This document shows, piece by piece, positions 10,235 to 22,529 of a stretch of DNA of 64,000 bases. The DNA is taken from assembly GCF_004010195.1 (NCBI RefSeq), contig NC_057718.1:23404637-23468636 (forward strand), in the 5' to 3' direction. The notes below the pieces were generated by a model. The model had not been told where the DNA came from. It saw only the letters and a list, made by a program, of their open reading frames with translations, and ran no database searches. The stretch's first letter is position 1, and the number at the start of each line of letters is the position of its first letter. Made by a program: the position numbers and the translations under genes. Origin of the DNA: Chiloscyllium plagiosum. Taxonomy: Eukaryota.

Positions 10235-12039
10235 TAGTCTTATACATCTTTCAGGCATCTATTTTTGTTTAGTTTTAACTCTTCCTTTACATTTCCCTCC
10301 TCTGATGTAAAACTTGCAGAAACTGGTCCTTAAAGGCTTGTGCCTAAGTGATGGTCCTATCTCTCAATCAAAAGCTGATGAAACCATCTGGACTGTGGTT
10401 CCACCTCACAGCTGGGCTTGTCAATAAGTGATTGTCACCATTAAATGTTTATTGTGATTGCCATCCCTTCAGGCAGTGCATCAGCCTGAGGGTACAACAT
10501 CATTACCAGAGCACTTTAACATTTATTCATTTAAACAGTTCGCATGGTCGATTAGCTTCAGATTTGATTTCAATATGGCTACTGTTTCCGAAAGTCCCAT
10601 CTGCAGTAGTGTTGTGTACATTGGTACAAAGGACTGCGCTGTGTTTACAAGTGAGGGTCATTTTCATTTTGGCTATTGGCAGAAATCTGTGCACTGAAAG
10701 AATAATGACATGGAAGACTGAGAAATGTTGTGGATGGTCTGCTGATTTTGGCCAGAGCATCTTTATAACCGGTGCTGGGTCTGGCCCCAGGCATCTTCTG
10801 CACCAAGATATTGATATTCATTGCAGGTTCCCCATTCTTGATCACTGTGGCTTGACTGTGATGACACACACAGTAGAATGCCTTGGAATCATGGCAAATT
10901 GGATGAGCAACCTCAGATCCTCAATCACCAGTTCTCCATCCTTGCCCATGGTGAGAATTATCCCCACTGTGATTTAGAGACATGAATAGATTGAATTTCT
11001 ATTACTGGAGCTGCATCCTCACTTAGCTGTAAATGTTCTTGCAAGCTCATTCGCACATAGCTAGTTGACAGATGTGATCCCTCTTGGTAGTTTATATGTG
11101 CAGATTAGAGATAGAGTTCCCTATTTGGATACCGTTAGCAATCTGGATGCAAGGGACACTCATTTCGGAATAGAATTTTTGCTCAGGTTTCTGCTCAAAC
11201 CTATTCACTGAACGTAAAACGTTCTATGAACCAATGCAGCATTTGAGAAAGGAGATTTTGTTTTTAAAATAGAGTTTTAGATTTTAAAAATTCCATGATA
11301 TATTTATTGTTTTTGTTGAAACAGCTGAAGGGGAGTTAATTACTGAAAGTAATTATTTCTGCCAGTCTGAGTAACCTAATTTTGAATATCTGAACTTTAA
11401 AAAATGCAGAACCATTTATTTGTTTTATTTATGTATGGTATTCAGCCTCTAAGTAAATGAAATATTTATTTTCAACGTTTTTAACTATTGGTGCCCTGAA
11501 TCTAAGAAACAGATTTATTTCTAGACCTTCCTGGAAAGCTCTCAAACAATTACAAAAGTGAATTTCCAATGGCGATGAATTCCGTCAGTAGACAAGGCCA
11601 GTTTTGGGAGCAGGATTTCACGTATGGTTTATTTTATAAAACAACGTTAAGGACCACAGAAAAGGGATTTGTGGCAGAAGGAATTAGAACTCAAATTCCT
11701 TAATCTTTTGCTCGGTTTGGCTGCTCTTTGGCAGATTTCAGTGGATGTTCTGGAAGCTCTAGGCAGGGATGTTTACTGTACATCAGAGCACATACAGATC
11801 AACTCATGGGTGTAAATGATGGGGAGGTGCCGGTGTTGGCCTGGGGTGGACATAATTAAAAATTTTTGACATAATTTAGAGTGTATTCACTGCTAAGAAA
11901 TGGCATTACATTCTGGCCAGGCTGTCCAGACTTTATGATCTTCTCCATGTTAACCATAAGAAAGAGTTAAAGACCACTAAGGTCGAACATGTAAAGTTGC
12001 ACAAGACCTTTATTTACAAATTATCAATATTAAACTGTA

Positions 12040-12145
12040 AAGGTAAATGTAAAGGTATGGGTGGGTTGCACTTCGGCGGGGCGGTGTGGACTTTTTGGGC
12101 CGAAGGGCCTGTTTCCACACTGTAATGTAATGTAATCTAATCTAA
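12040..12145 (+). mobile_element. 5'-truncated HE1 SINE tail
   Basis: ggtatgggtgggttgcacttcggcggggcggtgtggac...ccacactgtaatg..tctaatctaa; matches the reverse complement of 28320-28410. Confidence 0.8.
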
Positions 12146-12434
12146 ACTAGCATTGTCATTAAGAACAGCTGTGGGCTAGCCTGTCCCCTCAGCAGATCTG
12201 AAGCTACCTTGAAACGGTACTGAGGAAAGGGTTAAAGTTATGATTTCCTATTTTGGTCGATCAGGGTAGTTGTATTGGGTGCTACCTTTCTCCCTATAGC
12301 TTTTGGGTAAAGAGTGAATACTCATACAGGGTTCCCAACCTGGTTGCTCTGTTTTGCCACAAATGCACTTACCCACATGTGTCAACCTTGGTTATGATGT
12401 GACATAGACGTGTATAGCCTGATATTGCTAATAA

Positions 12435-13338
12435 ACTGTAAGTTTGCTCATTGAGCTGACTGGCTTGTTTTCAGATGTTTAGTCACCATGCAAGGTAACA
12501 TCATCAGTGAGCCTCTGGTGAAGCACTGGTGTTCTGTCCCGCTTCCTGTTTATGTGTCTTGGTCTGTTACAGTGGGTGATATAATTTACAGTTCTTTTTC
12601 TCAGAGGTTGGTAAATGGAGTTCAAATTGACGTGTTTATTGATTTGGTTCCGGTTTGAGTGCCAGGCCAGTAGGAATTCCTGTGCATGTCTCTGTTTGAC
12701 CTGTCCTAGGATGGATATGTTGTCCCACTCGAAGTGGTGTCCTTCTTTGTCTATGTGTAAGGAAATTAGTGATAGCTGTTCATGTCCTTTGGTGGCTAGT
12801 TGATGTTCATGTATCCTGGTGTCTAGTTTTCTGCCTGTCTATCCGATGTAGTGTTTGTTGCAGTCCTTGCAGGGTACTTTGTAAATGACATTCGTTTTGC
12901 TGGTTATTGTTACAGGGTCCTTTAGGTTTATCAGTAGCTGTTTCAGTGCGTTGGTAGGTTTGTGGGCTACCATGATGCCAAGGGGTTGGAGTAGTCTGGT
13001 AGTCATCTCCGAGATGTCTTTGATGTATGGTAGTGTGGCTAGAGTCTCTGGGCGTGTTGTGTCTGATCATTTGGGTTTGTTGTTTAGGAATTGGTGGACT
13101 GTATTTATCAGATATCCATTCTTCTTAAATACGCTGTTTAGGCATTTTTCTTCTGCTGCTTGTAGGCCATGGATGCTGCAGTGTGTTGTGGCCCGTTTAA
13201 GTAATGTCCTGATGCAACTCCATTTGTGGGTGTTGGGATGATTGCTCCTGCAGTTTAGCATCTGGTCTGTGTATGTTGCTTTCCTGTAGGTGCTGGTCTG
13301 CAGTGCTCCATTGACTGTTCGTTCCACTGTGACATCTA

Positions 13339-13373
<35 letters not shown>

Positions 13374-15080
13374 CTGTTGTTATTCTCTTCCTATTTTGTG
13401 AATTTTATGCCAGTAAGGATGTTATTGATGATGTTGTAGATTTCGTCTAATTTGTTCCATTCAGTGATGACAAAGGTGTCATCTATGTAGCGGACCCAAA
13501 GTTTGGGTTGGGTCATGGGGAGGGCTGTTCGCTCTAGTCTCTGCATCACGGCTTCTGCTAAGAATCCTGATATTGGAGATCCCATGGGTATTCCATTGAT
13601 TTTTTTTTGTAAGTCTTGCTGTTGAAGGTAAAGTGGGTGGTGAGGCACAGGTCTACGAGCTTGAGGATGTTGTTATTGCTGGTGAAGTTGGTGCTGTCCG
13701 GTGTTTGTGTTCTTGGTTCGTCTAGTAATGCGGTCAGTGTTTCTTTGGCCAGGCTGATGTTAATTGATGTGAACAGAGCTGTTACGTCAAAGGAGACCAT
13801 TATTTCATCCTCTTCTATCGTGGTGTCTTTGATGTTCAGGAACTTTTGGGTGGAAGTGGATACAGTGGCATGATTCATCTCCTAGGGGTTTCAGTTTTCG
13901 GTGGAGTTCCTTTGCTAGTCTGTATGTTGGTGCTTCAGGGAGTGGGACTATGAGTCTGAGGGGGGGCCCCTGATTTGTGTACCTTAGGTAATCTGTAGAA
14001 GCGGGGTGTGTTGGATCCATTGGGTTTCATTTTTTCGAGAACTGTCTTGGTAATTTAGTCTGATTTATGGAGCTTCTTCAATTCGGTTGTTATACGGTTT
14101 TCTAGCTGTGGAGTTGAGTCTATCACCACCTGTTGGTAAGTGTCGGTATCTGCGAAGTGTGAGTTCACCTTTTCAACGTACTGTGATCTGTTTAGGCTGA
14201 CGGTCACGTGCTCTTTGTCTGCAGGTAGGATTACAATGTTTCTGTCTTTTCTGAGTCCTTCTAGGGCTTTTGTTGCCTGTGTGTTGAGAGTGTTCTCTTC
14301 CTTATTCCTGCTTGGTGCTGGTGCAACTGTCTGTCTGATGGTTTATTCTGTGAGTCCATTGCTGCAAAGAAGTCCTTTTTGCCTGCGACTCTGTAGTTGT
14401 AGTTCATCCCTCTTACTAGGACGGCTTTTTCCATGTCTGTTAGTGGTCAATCTGATAGGTTTCTAATCCAAGCTTCTGAATTGTCTATATTGTCCTTTTG
14501 TGTGAGCTTGTCCAGCTTTTCTTGTAGGGATAGTTTTTCATTCTCTTTATCTGCTGTTGTTTGATGCTGATGTCTCATTCTAGTGTGCTTGTCCATTCAT
14601 GGTCTGTTGCATTGATGTATAAAGCTTTTTGGCGCAAAATTTCCCAATTGCATTTGTGGAGTCAGTTGTGGGCATCGTTAATCATTTCTCGCAACATTCT
14701 GCAGCCATTCTGTTCTGATATTCTTCTGGCTTGTGAGGTGTTGAGCGATGGCTTGTACTTGGCACATATTGGTAATACCTATTTCCTGAGGCTTTCATGC
14801 AGGGACAAAATGAATGCCTGGCATTCAAACCAGAACTTCCTCAAAAAATACTTCAAATTGGACACCATTTACCAACCTCTGAGAAAAAGAATTGGAAATG
14901 ATATCATCCACTTTAACAGACCAAGACACACCAATAGAAAGTGGCACAGAACACCAGCAATCGCCGGAGGCTCACTGATGATATTACATAGCACGGTGAC
15001 GAAACGTCTGAAAACAAACCAGCCAGCTCAGCGAGCAAACTTACAACCTGAATCTCAACCTGAGCTACAAATCATCTCAG
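12435..15080 (-). mobile_element. Penelope-like retroelement (RT + GIY-YIG), frameshifted, with inverted pseudo-LTR
   Basis: SFDVTALFTSI; GIPMGSPISGFLAEAVMQRLE..WVRYIDDTF; YRKATYTDQMLN..SNHP; NVIYKVPCKDCNKHYIG. ~14815-15045 is an inverted copy of ~12437-12667. Confidence 0.92.
14971..15012 (+). ncRNA. Minimal type I hammerhead ribozyme motif in Penelope pLTR
   Basis: tca-CTGATGA-[degenerate stem II]-GAAAC-GTC-tga; the inverted copy at ~12470-12510 has the better stem II (gttacc/ggtgac) but TAAA in place of GAAA. Confidence 0.6.
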
Positions 15081-15444
15081 AAATTGGTGCAAATAAATGC
15101 TTGAATAATTCAATGGTATGTCAGACTATGGCTGGCTTGCGTGGAAGTTTTATAAATGAATGACAAAGTTTAGAGAAAATTGAGGTGGAAACAAACATAT
15201 CCCCATGGAGTACCTCTGTGAGAAATGATAATTTGTCACTATAGTTACATGGGGCATGCATGCGTGTGTAGTCAGGGCAGTTGAAGCAATCTAATTCTTT
15301 CATCTGAATCATGCTGTCCCTCTCTTGGGGTGAGGTATTTGTTGCTGGCATTATTTATGAAAAGCAGGCTTCCTTTCCCAGCACTAACATAATTGACAGA
15401 AGTGTTTCAAGTATCATAGCAATGTGCAATGAACACAAAGAATC

Positions 15445-16400
15445 ATAGCGTCATAGAGATGTACAGCACAGCAACAGACCCTTCAGTCTAACTCATCCAG
15501 GCTGACCAGATATCCTAAAACAATCTACTCCCACCTGCCAGCACCCAGCCCATATCCCTCCAAACCCTTCCTGTTCATATGCCCATCCAGATGTCTTTTA
15601 AATGTTGCAATTGTACCAGCCTCCACCACTTCCTCTGGCAGCTCATTCCATACACATACCACCCTCTGTGTGAAAAAGTTGCTCCTTAGGTCTCTTTTAT
15701 ATCTTCGCGCTCTCACCCTAAACCTATGCCCTCTAGTTCTGTACTCCCCCACCCCAGGGAAGAGACTTTGTCTACTTATGCTATCCATGCCTGTCATGAT
15801 TTTATAAACCTCAGCCTCCGACGCTCCAGGGAAAACAACCCCAACCTATTCAACCTCTCCTATAGCTCAAATCCTCCAACCCTGGCAACATCCTTGTAAA
15901 TCTTTTCTGAACCCGTTCAAGTTTCACAACATCTTTCCGATAGGAAGGAGACCAGAATTGCACACAATATTCCAACAGTGGCCTAACCAATGTCTTGTTC
16001 AGTCGCAGCATGACCTCTCAACTCCAGTACTCAAAAGTCTGACCGATAAAGGAAACCATACCAAACACCTTCTTCACTATCCTATCTACCTGCGATTCCA
16101 CTTTACTGGAGCTATGAACCTGCACTCCAAGGTCTCCAACACTCCCTAGGACCTTACCATTAAGTGTATAAGTCCTGCTAAGATTTGCTTTCCCAAAATG
16201 CAGCACCTTGCATTTATCTAAATTAAACTCCATCTGCCACTTCTCAGCCAATTGGCCCATCTGGTCCAGATCCCAATGTAATCTGAGGTAACCTTCTTTG
16301 CTGCCCACTACACCTCCAATTTTGGAGTAATCTGCAAACGTACTAACTGTGCCTGTTATGCTCACATCCAAATTATTTATGGAAATGACAAAAAGTAGTT
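15445..16400 (-). mobile_element. CR1 LINE 3' ~1 kb
   Basis: FADYSKIGG, WQMEFNLDKCKVLHFG, TRGHRF; tgactctatga-type tail. Confidence 0.92.
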
Positions 16401-16859
16401 ATAAGAAGCAGTAAACAAATTAAGTGTGAATATAAACTTTAATGCAGTTAGAAGAGGTGTTATTTTTAGGTACATAAAAGATTAAAGTAACATGTAAGAC
16501 TCTGGCCCCTCAAATGTGATCAGCAAAGAGGTTAAGGGAGGGGTCTAGCAACTTCTTCCGCACTCCACCAATATTGTATAATCTACCTTACAATGAGCCC
16601 TATTTACTTGTGAGTGGGCGCATTCAGTGCCCATTTGATCTGGATGACTGGGACGCTGGTGACTGTCTGATTTGTGCTGGAATGCTCTCTTTGGGACCAA
16701 TTTGTACAAAGTTTGGTTAGTTTATGAAAATCCAAATATCCTTTTGCATTTAAAACTTAGGAGTCATTATGTAGTGGTGCTGAATGCTCTGTGGAGTACA
16801 TGAATATTATTGTAGGAGTTCAGAATTTTACATGGAAGCCTACCTCTGGGTCCTCCCAT

Positions 16860-18250
16860 AGATTCATAGAGTCATAGAACTGTACAGCATGGAAAGAGAC
16901 CCTCCGGTCCAACCCATCCATGCCGACCAGGTATCCCAACCCAATCTAGTCCCACCTGCCATCACTCAGCCCATATCCCTCCAAACCCTTCCTATTCATA
17001 TACCCATCCAAATGCCTTTTAAATGTTGCAATTGTACCAGCCTCCACCACTTCCTCTGGCAGCTCATTCCATACACGTACCATCCTTTGTGTGAAAAAGT
17101 TGCCCCTTAGGTCTCTTTTATAACTTTCCCCTCTCACCCTAAACCTATACCCTCTAGTTCTGGACTCCCTGGCCCCAGGGAAAAGACTTTGTCTATTTAC
17201 CCTATCCATGCCCCTCATAATTTTGCAAACCTCTGTAAGGTCACCCCTCAGCCTCTGTGCTCCAGGGAAAACAGCCCCAGCTGTTCAGCCTCTCCCTANN
17301 NNNNNNNNNNNNNNNNNNNNNNNNNNNNNNNNNNNNNNNNNNNNNNNNNNNNNNNNNNNNNNNNNNNNNNNNNNNNNNNNNNNNNNNNNNNNNNNNNNNN
17401 NNNNNNNNNNNNNNNNTATCTGAATTAAACTCCATCTGCCACTTCTCAGCCCATTGGCCCATCTGGTCCAGATCCTGTTGTAATCTGAGGTAACCCTCTT
17501 CACTGTCCACTACACCTCCAATTTTGGTGTCATCTGCAAACTTACTAACTGTACCTCTTATGCTCACATCCAAATCATTTATGTAAATGACAAAAAGTAG
17601 AGGACCCAGTAGAGGATCCCTGTGGCACTCCACTGGTCACAGGCCTCCAGTCTGAAAAACAACCCTCTACCACCTCCCTCTGTCTTCTACCTTTGAGCCA
17701 GTTCTATATCCAAATGGCTAGTTCTCCCTGTATTTTGTGAGATCTAACCTTGCTAATCAGTCTCCCATGGGGAACCTTGTCGAATGCCTTACTGAAGTCC
17801 ATATAGATCACATCTACTGTTCTGCCCTCATCATTCCTCTTTTTTACTTCTTCAAAAAACTCAATCAAGTTTGTGAGATATGATTTCCCATGCACAAAGC
17901 CATGTTGACTATCCCTAATCAGTCCTTGCCTTTCCAAATCCCTCAGGATTCCCTCCAACAACTTGCCCACTACCGACGTCAGGCTCACTGGTCTATAGTT
18001 CCCTGGCTTGTCCTTATCACCCTTCCTAAACAGTGGCAACACGTTAGCCAACCTCCCGTCTTCTGGAACCTCGCATGTGACTATCGATGATACAAATATC
18101 TCAGCAAGAGGCCCAGTAATCACTTCTCTAGCTTCCCACAGAGTTCTAGGGTACACCTGATCAGGTCCTGGGGATTTATCCACCACAAGACATCCAGCAC
18201 TTCCTCCTCTGTAATATGGACATTTTGCAAGATGTCACCATCTATTTCCC
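16860..18250 (-). mobile_element. CR1 LINE RT-containing fragment (spans N gap)
   Basis: KSPGPDQVYP, GNYRPVSLTS, DFSKAFDKVPH, LGPLLFVIYINDL, KFADDTKIGG. Confidence 0.93.
17299..17416. other. Assembly gap (118 N)
   Basis: Run of N. Confidence 0.99.
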
Positions 18251-18719
18251 ATCTCGATGATCAGATACATCCCACACCAATGGTGTGCTTCTTCTGCATT
18301 TGGATATATACGTTACATTGGGCTGGGATCAAGCTATGCAATTTGGATGGACCATAACATGTTTCCCTCTCTTGTCATGCTGCAAGAGAACAAGGCTCAG
18401 TTTGGTAGAGATTGGGAGCTTTCCATCATTAGGTCACATGCCTTAGATCATATGGTGATGACATATGACACTTAAAGGTATATCATTTATATCTACTGAG
18501 AGACAGAACACAATACTCACAGCTCATATTCCCACCTAGCTTCATTAGCAAAATAACGTACATTCTTAAAATATGCTCCTCACACCATGTGACTCTGTCA
18601 CTGGTCACCTATATGTGGTTGGCAACTATTCCACCATGTTTTCACGTTCACTTGATCAATATTATTCCTGATTTCTGGACATCTCTATATAATCTACATC
18701 TAACCTTGTTTCTCCATTT

Positions 18720-18920
18720 TAAAGTTAAAAATCACACAACACTATGTTGTAGTCTAACAGGTTTATTTGGAACTACAAACTTTCGGACCGCTGCTCCTTC
18801 ATCAGGTGGCTGTGGAGCAGGATCATAAGACAGAATTTAGAGCAAAAGATCACAGCATGCAACTGATGTTGTGTGATTTTTAACTTTATCCATCCAGTCC
18901 AACACTGGCACCTCCACATC
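18720..18920. mobile_element. Second Penelope mini-element family, inverted arms, hammerhead on minus strand
   Basis: aaagttaaaaatcacacaaca / tgttgtgtgatttttaacttt arms; minus strand CTGATGA-aggagc-agc-ggtcc-GAAA at ~18780-18806. Confidence 0.75.
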
Positions 18921-19929
18921 ACCATCTCCAGTCTCTTTCTTGAGAGCTTTCATCCTGAGTATGTCTTGAAATCTTTTCAATCAATCTTCCCTGCAGCTTC
19001 TTCAAAAAGAGTCAGAGCAACCTTTGTAAAATGGGGGCTCCAAAATTAGACACAATACTCCGGTTGAAGCTGAACCAGTGATTCAAAAAAGTTCAGTATA
19101 ACATCCTTGCTTTTGCACTCTGCCTCTATATATCAAGTTGCCAGCATTGTTGGAGGCTGCTCTCCAACAGTTGGTCAGCTTTTGCTAGTTTAATGAGTTG
19201 GCATGTAAACCACAGGTAGTAAATTTGAGAAAGTCAACATGTACATTATTACTTTGTAGCAAAACAGCTTGGGTCTTTGAACTCCTCTTGATGGATCACA
19301 TAAAGGGCAAGAGTGATTTTACTCTTTTTAAAAATTTCATTGCATCGCCACACGTTGTCGTATTTACTCACCAGTAGACTGTTTATTGCAGCAGTTGGTA
19401 CACAGCCCCAGCCTGTTGTAATCATCAATTATTAAAAACCTGGAAGAGCATTAGCATCCTCTTTAACACCTTGCTTTGTTCAAAAAATAGCTCTCACCGT
19501 CAACAGCAAATTTAATCTAGAAAGAGAAGAGCTTTTAATATAGAAAATGTCCCTCAGGTACTTAAGACTGGTGGAATTTTTAAACAAGATCAGTGAATGC
19601 TTTCTGCTTTCTCTGTTGCTTTAATGGTGTTGGCATCACAGGCGAAGTAATCGACACTTTCTGCCATCATTTATATGCATAGGTAGCTCAATCTGAGCTG
19701 CTGAAATGGTAGTCCTTATAAATGAACATGTTGGGACAGAAGAGGCTCTGTTAGACAAAGCAATCACAGAGCTTGGGCAATGAGTTGGGTTAAAGGAACA
19801 ATGTTAATGAAGAAGCAAAGGGCTTTAGAGAAGGAGTTAGAGTGTAGATCCTAATCAATGGAATACATAGCAACTACCACTGGGGTAAAGGGATTACACC
19901 TACCCACCCGCCCAAATCCGCCCACACAG

Positions 19930-20525
19930 CACAGGAGTTGCAAGGTCATGTTGCAGATGTACAGGACATTGGTTAGGCCAATGTTGGAATATTGCGTGCA
20001 ATTCTGGTCTCCTTCCTATCGGAAAGATATTGTGAAACGTGAAAGGATTCAGAAAAGATTTACTAGGATGTTGCCAGGGTTGGAGGATTTGAGCTATAGG
20101 GAGAGGCTGAACAGGCTGGGGCTGTTTTCCCTGGAGCGTCAGAGGCTAAGGGGTGACCTTATAGAGTTTACAAAATTATGAGGGGCATGGATAGGGTAAA
20201 TAGGCAACGTCTTTTCCCTGGGGTGGAGGAGTCCAGAACTAGAGGGCATAGGTTTAGGGTGAGAGGGGAAAGATATAAAAGACACCTAAAAAGCAACTTT
20301 TTCATACAGAGGGTGGTACAGTGTATGGAATGAGCTGCCAGAGGATGTGGTGGAGGCTGGTATAATTGCAACATTTAAGAGGCATTTGGCTGGGTATATG
20401 AATAGGAAGGGTTTGGAGGGATATGGCCGGGTGCTGGCAGGTGGGACAAGATTGGGTTGGGATATCTAGTCGGCATAGACGGGTTGGACTGAAGGGTCTG
20501 TTTCCATGCTGTACATCTGTATGAT
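19930..20525 (+). mobile_element. CR1 LINE 3' fragment
   Basis: LVRPMLEYCVQFWSPSYRKD..LSYRERLNRLGLFSLERQRLRGDL. Confidence 0.92.
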
Positions 20526-22529
20526 TCGATGACCTACCACCTTCCCACAGATAGTGGCTCAAATCCCTTTCACCTGTTCTCCCCATGACAGTGACCTAAT
20601 TCTGATTTGCTTTCTCCTCTCACCCAGGCCATAGCCAAGCTCTCATTCACCTCTTCCTGACTATTGGCCAGGACTGACTCTTTGTTACCTCTTCTTGAAG
20701 CCAGCATTTCCCTGAAATGCTCCTTTTCCCATTTTCACAGACTCACTGATGTGGCTCTGGGCCTTGATGTAGCTCACTCTCCATCAAACCTGAACTGTTT
20801 CTGTTGACTATGGAATTCCTGATTGGCCAAAACTAACAACCCCAATAAGGGAAGCGCTGGCTGAACAATAAAACCAGGAGATTAGAATCTCCTCAGTTGA
20901 GCACTGACTCTCAGCTGGCTGACCACAGCCAGTGTACTGTGCACTAGTGAATAAAGGTGACGTGGTGACAGGATATCGCCCTCTGTGTAGATATTTCAGT
21001 GGTGACGAGAGTGGGATTTTCAGTAAACAGTAAACCGTTTCTCGCAGCTGGATAAATACCAGATCCCTTGCATAAAGGACTTGCACACAAAGTTGCAGGA
21101 GCAGTGGAGGGGTGGGGGGAGCTGTCCTTTATGAAGCTGGACATGAACCACACATATCTGCAATTGTGACTGGACAAGGAGTCCCAGAAGTACAGGACAG
21201 TTGTACCCATAAGACTTCATATCAATAAACAAAACTGCCATTTGGTGTATCATCAGCCTTCGCCTTTTTTCAGCGTACCATGGAGAATATTTTACAAGGG
21301 CTGCGCCAGGTTGCCATTTATCTGGATGACATAGTAATAACAGGGAAGACCAATAAAGAGCACTTGAAGAACTTAGACACAGTGCTTCAACATTTCTCTT
21401 AGATGGACATATGCCTTAGATGGGAAAATGTGTGTTCTAGGCACCCCAACTGACCTACTCGGGTTAGAGAGTGGACAAACCAGTTACACCTGTTGGAAGA
21501 GAAAGTGAGGTCAATCATAAGAGCCCCAGCTCCCATGTCTGTACCAGAGCGTAGGCCTGTCCTTTGGTTAGTGAATTATTACAGAAAAGTCATACATAAC
21601 CTGGCCTTCATCTGGCACCCTTACACCTGCTAATGGGAAAGGGTCAGGCTTAGAAATAGTTGGGTGGTCAAGAAGCAGCCTTTAGGGAAGTTGAAAAAGC
21701 AGCTCTCGCCATCTAAGGTGTCAGCCTACTACGATCCGAAGCAAGTCTTAACTCCCCGTACTGTATCGGGGTACTGTTAGCTCACCAGTGGCCCAACTGA
21801 AAGGAACGTCTGATAGCGTATGCTTCCCGAACTTTGGCTGATGCCACACGCAAATATGCCCAGATAGAGAAGGAAGGTTTGGCAGTCGTTTTTGGGATGA
21901 AGAAGTTCCATGAAATACCTTTATGGAGAGAAATTTGTCAAAATAACAGACCATAAACCCCTGCTCGGGCTACTGAAGGAAGACAAGGTAGTGCCACCCA
22001 CAGCTTCAGTAGAATTCAGCACTGAGCACTTATTCTCAGCCCATTCAAATTCGAATGCTGTGCAGGAAGCCAAGCGGCTATTGCAGATGCCATTGAGCTG
22101 CCTCCCACTGGCAGATACTCCACCGGTGGTGCCTCCCCTGGAACAGTCCGTTTTGGTTTAAACTTCCTGTACACTCTTTCAGTCACCACAGACAATATCT
22201 GATTGTGGACACAAAAAGGTCCTGTCCTTACGAAACTGAAACAGCCTATGGTAATGGGGAAGACAGAAAGGCCATTGCAACCAGGACTGAAACCCTTCTG
22301 GACATGACGAGACAAGATCACCATAGAGGAGGACATATTACTGTGGAGAGCCAGAGTGATTGCCCTGAATAAAGGTCACTGCCAGATACTGGCTGAACGC
22401 CACCAGGGTCATCCAGAGGGTTCCAAGATAAAGATGCCGGCAAGAAGCTTTGTCTGATGGCCAGGGTTGGGTGCCGACATTGTTGGGGCAGTGCCCAGAA
22501 CACTAACAAGGTCAGAAAGTGTCAGGGCA

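Noticed and set aside
10432..10977. 181-aa ORF as a gene
   Set aside because: Non-ATG start, no recognisable domain and random-like composition.
11525..11621. Possible host exon (tttctag|...|gtatgg; DLPGKLSNNYKSEFPMAMNSVSRQGQFWEQDF)
   Set aside because: Peptide not recognised, no partner exons found, and such splice-like pairs occur by chance.
13342..13372. 31-nt poly-G as a functional G-quadruplex
   Set aside because: Lies inside a dead RT; homopolymer slippage or a sequencing artefact is more likely.
14561..15163. 200-aa ORF
   Set aside because: Chimera of the antisense Penelope 5' region and the inverted pLTR/endonuclease tail.
16560..16860. Possible Gypsy integrase remnant (PQSNG-like) on the minus strand
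   Set aside because: Only one very degenerate motif; not enough support.
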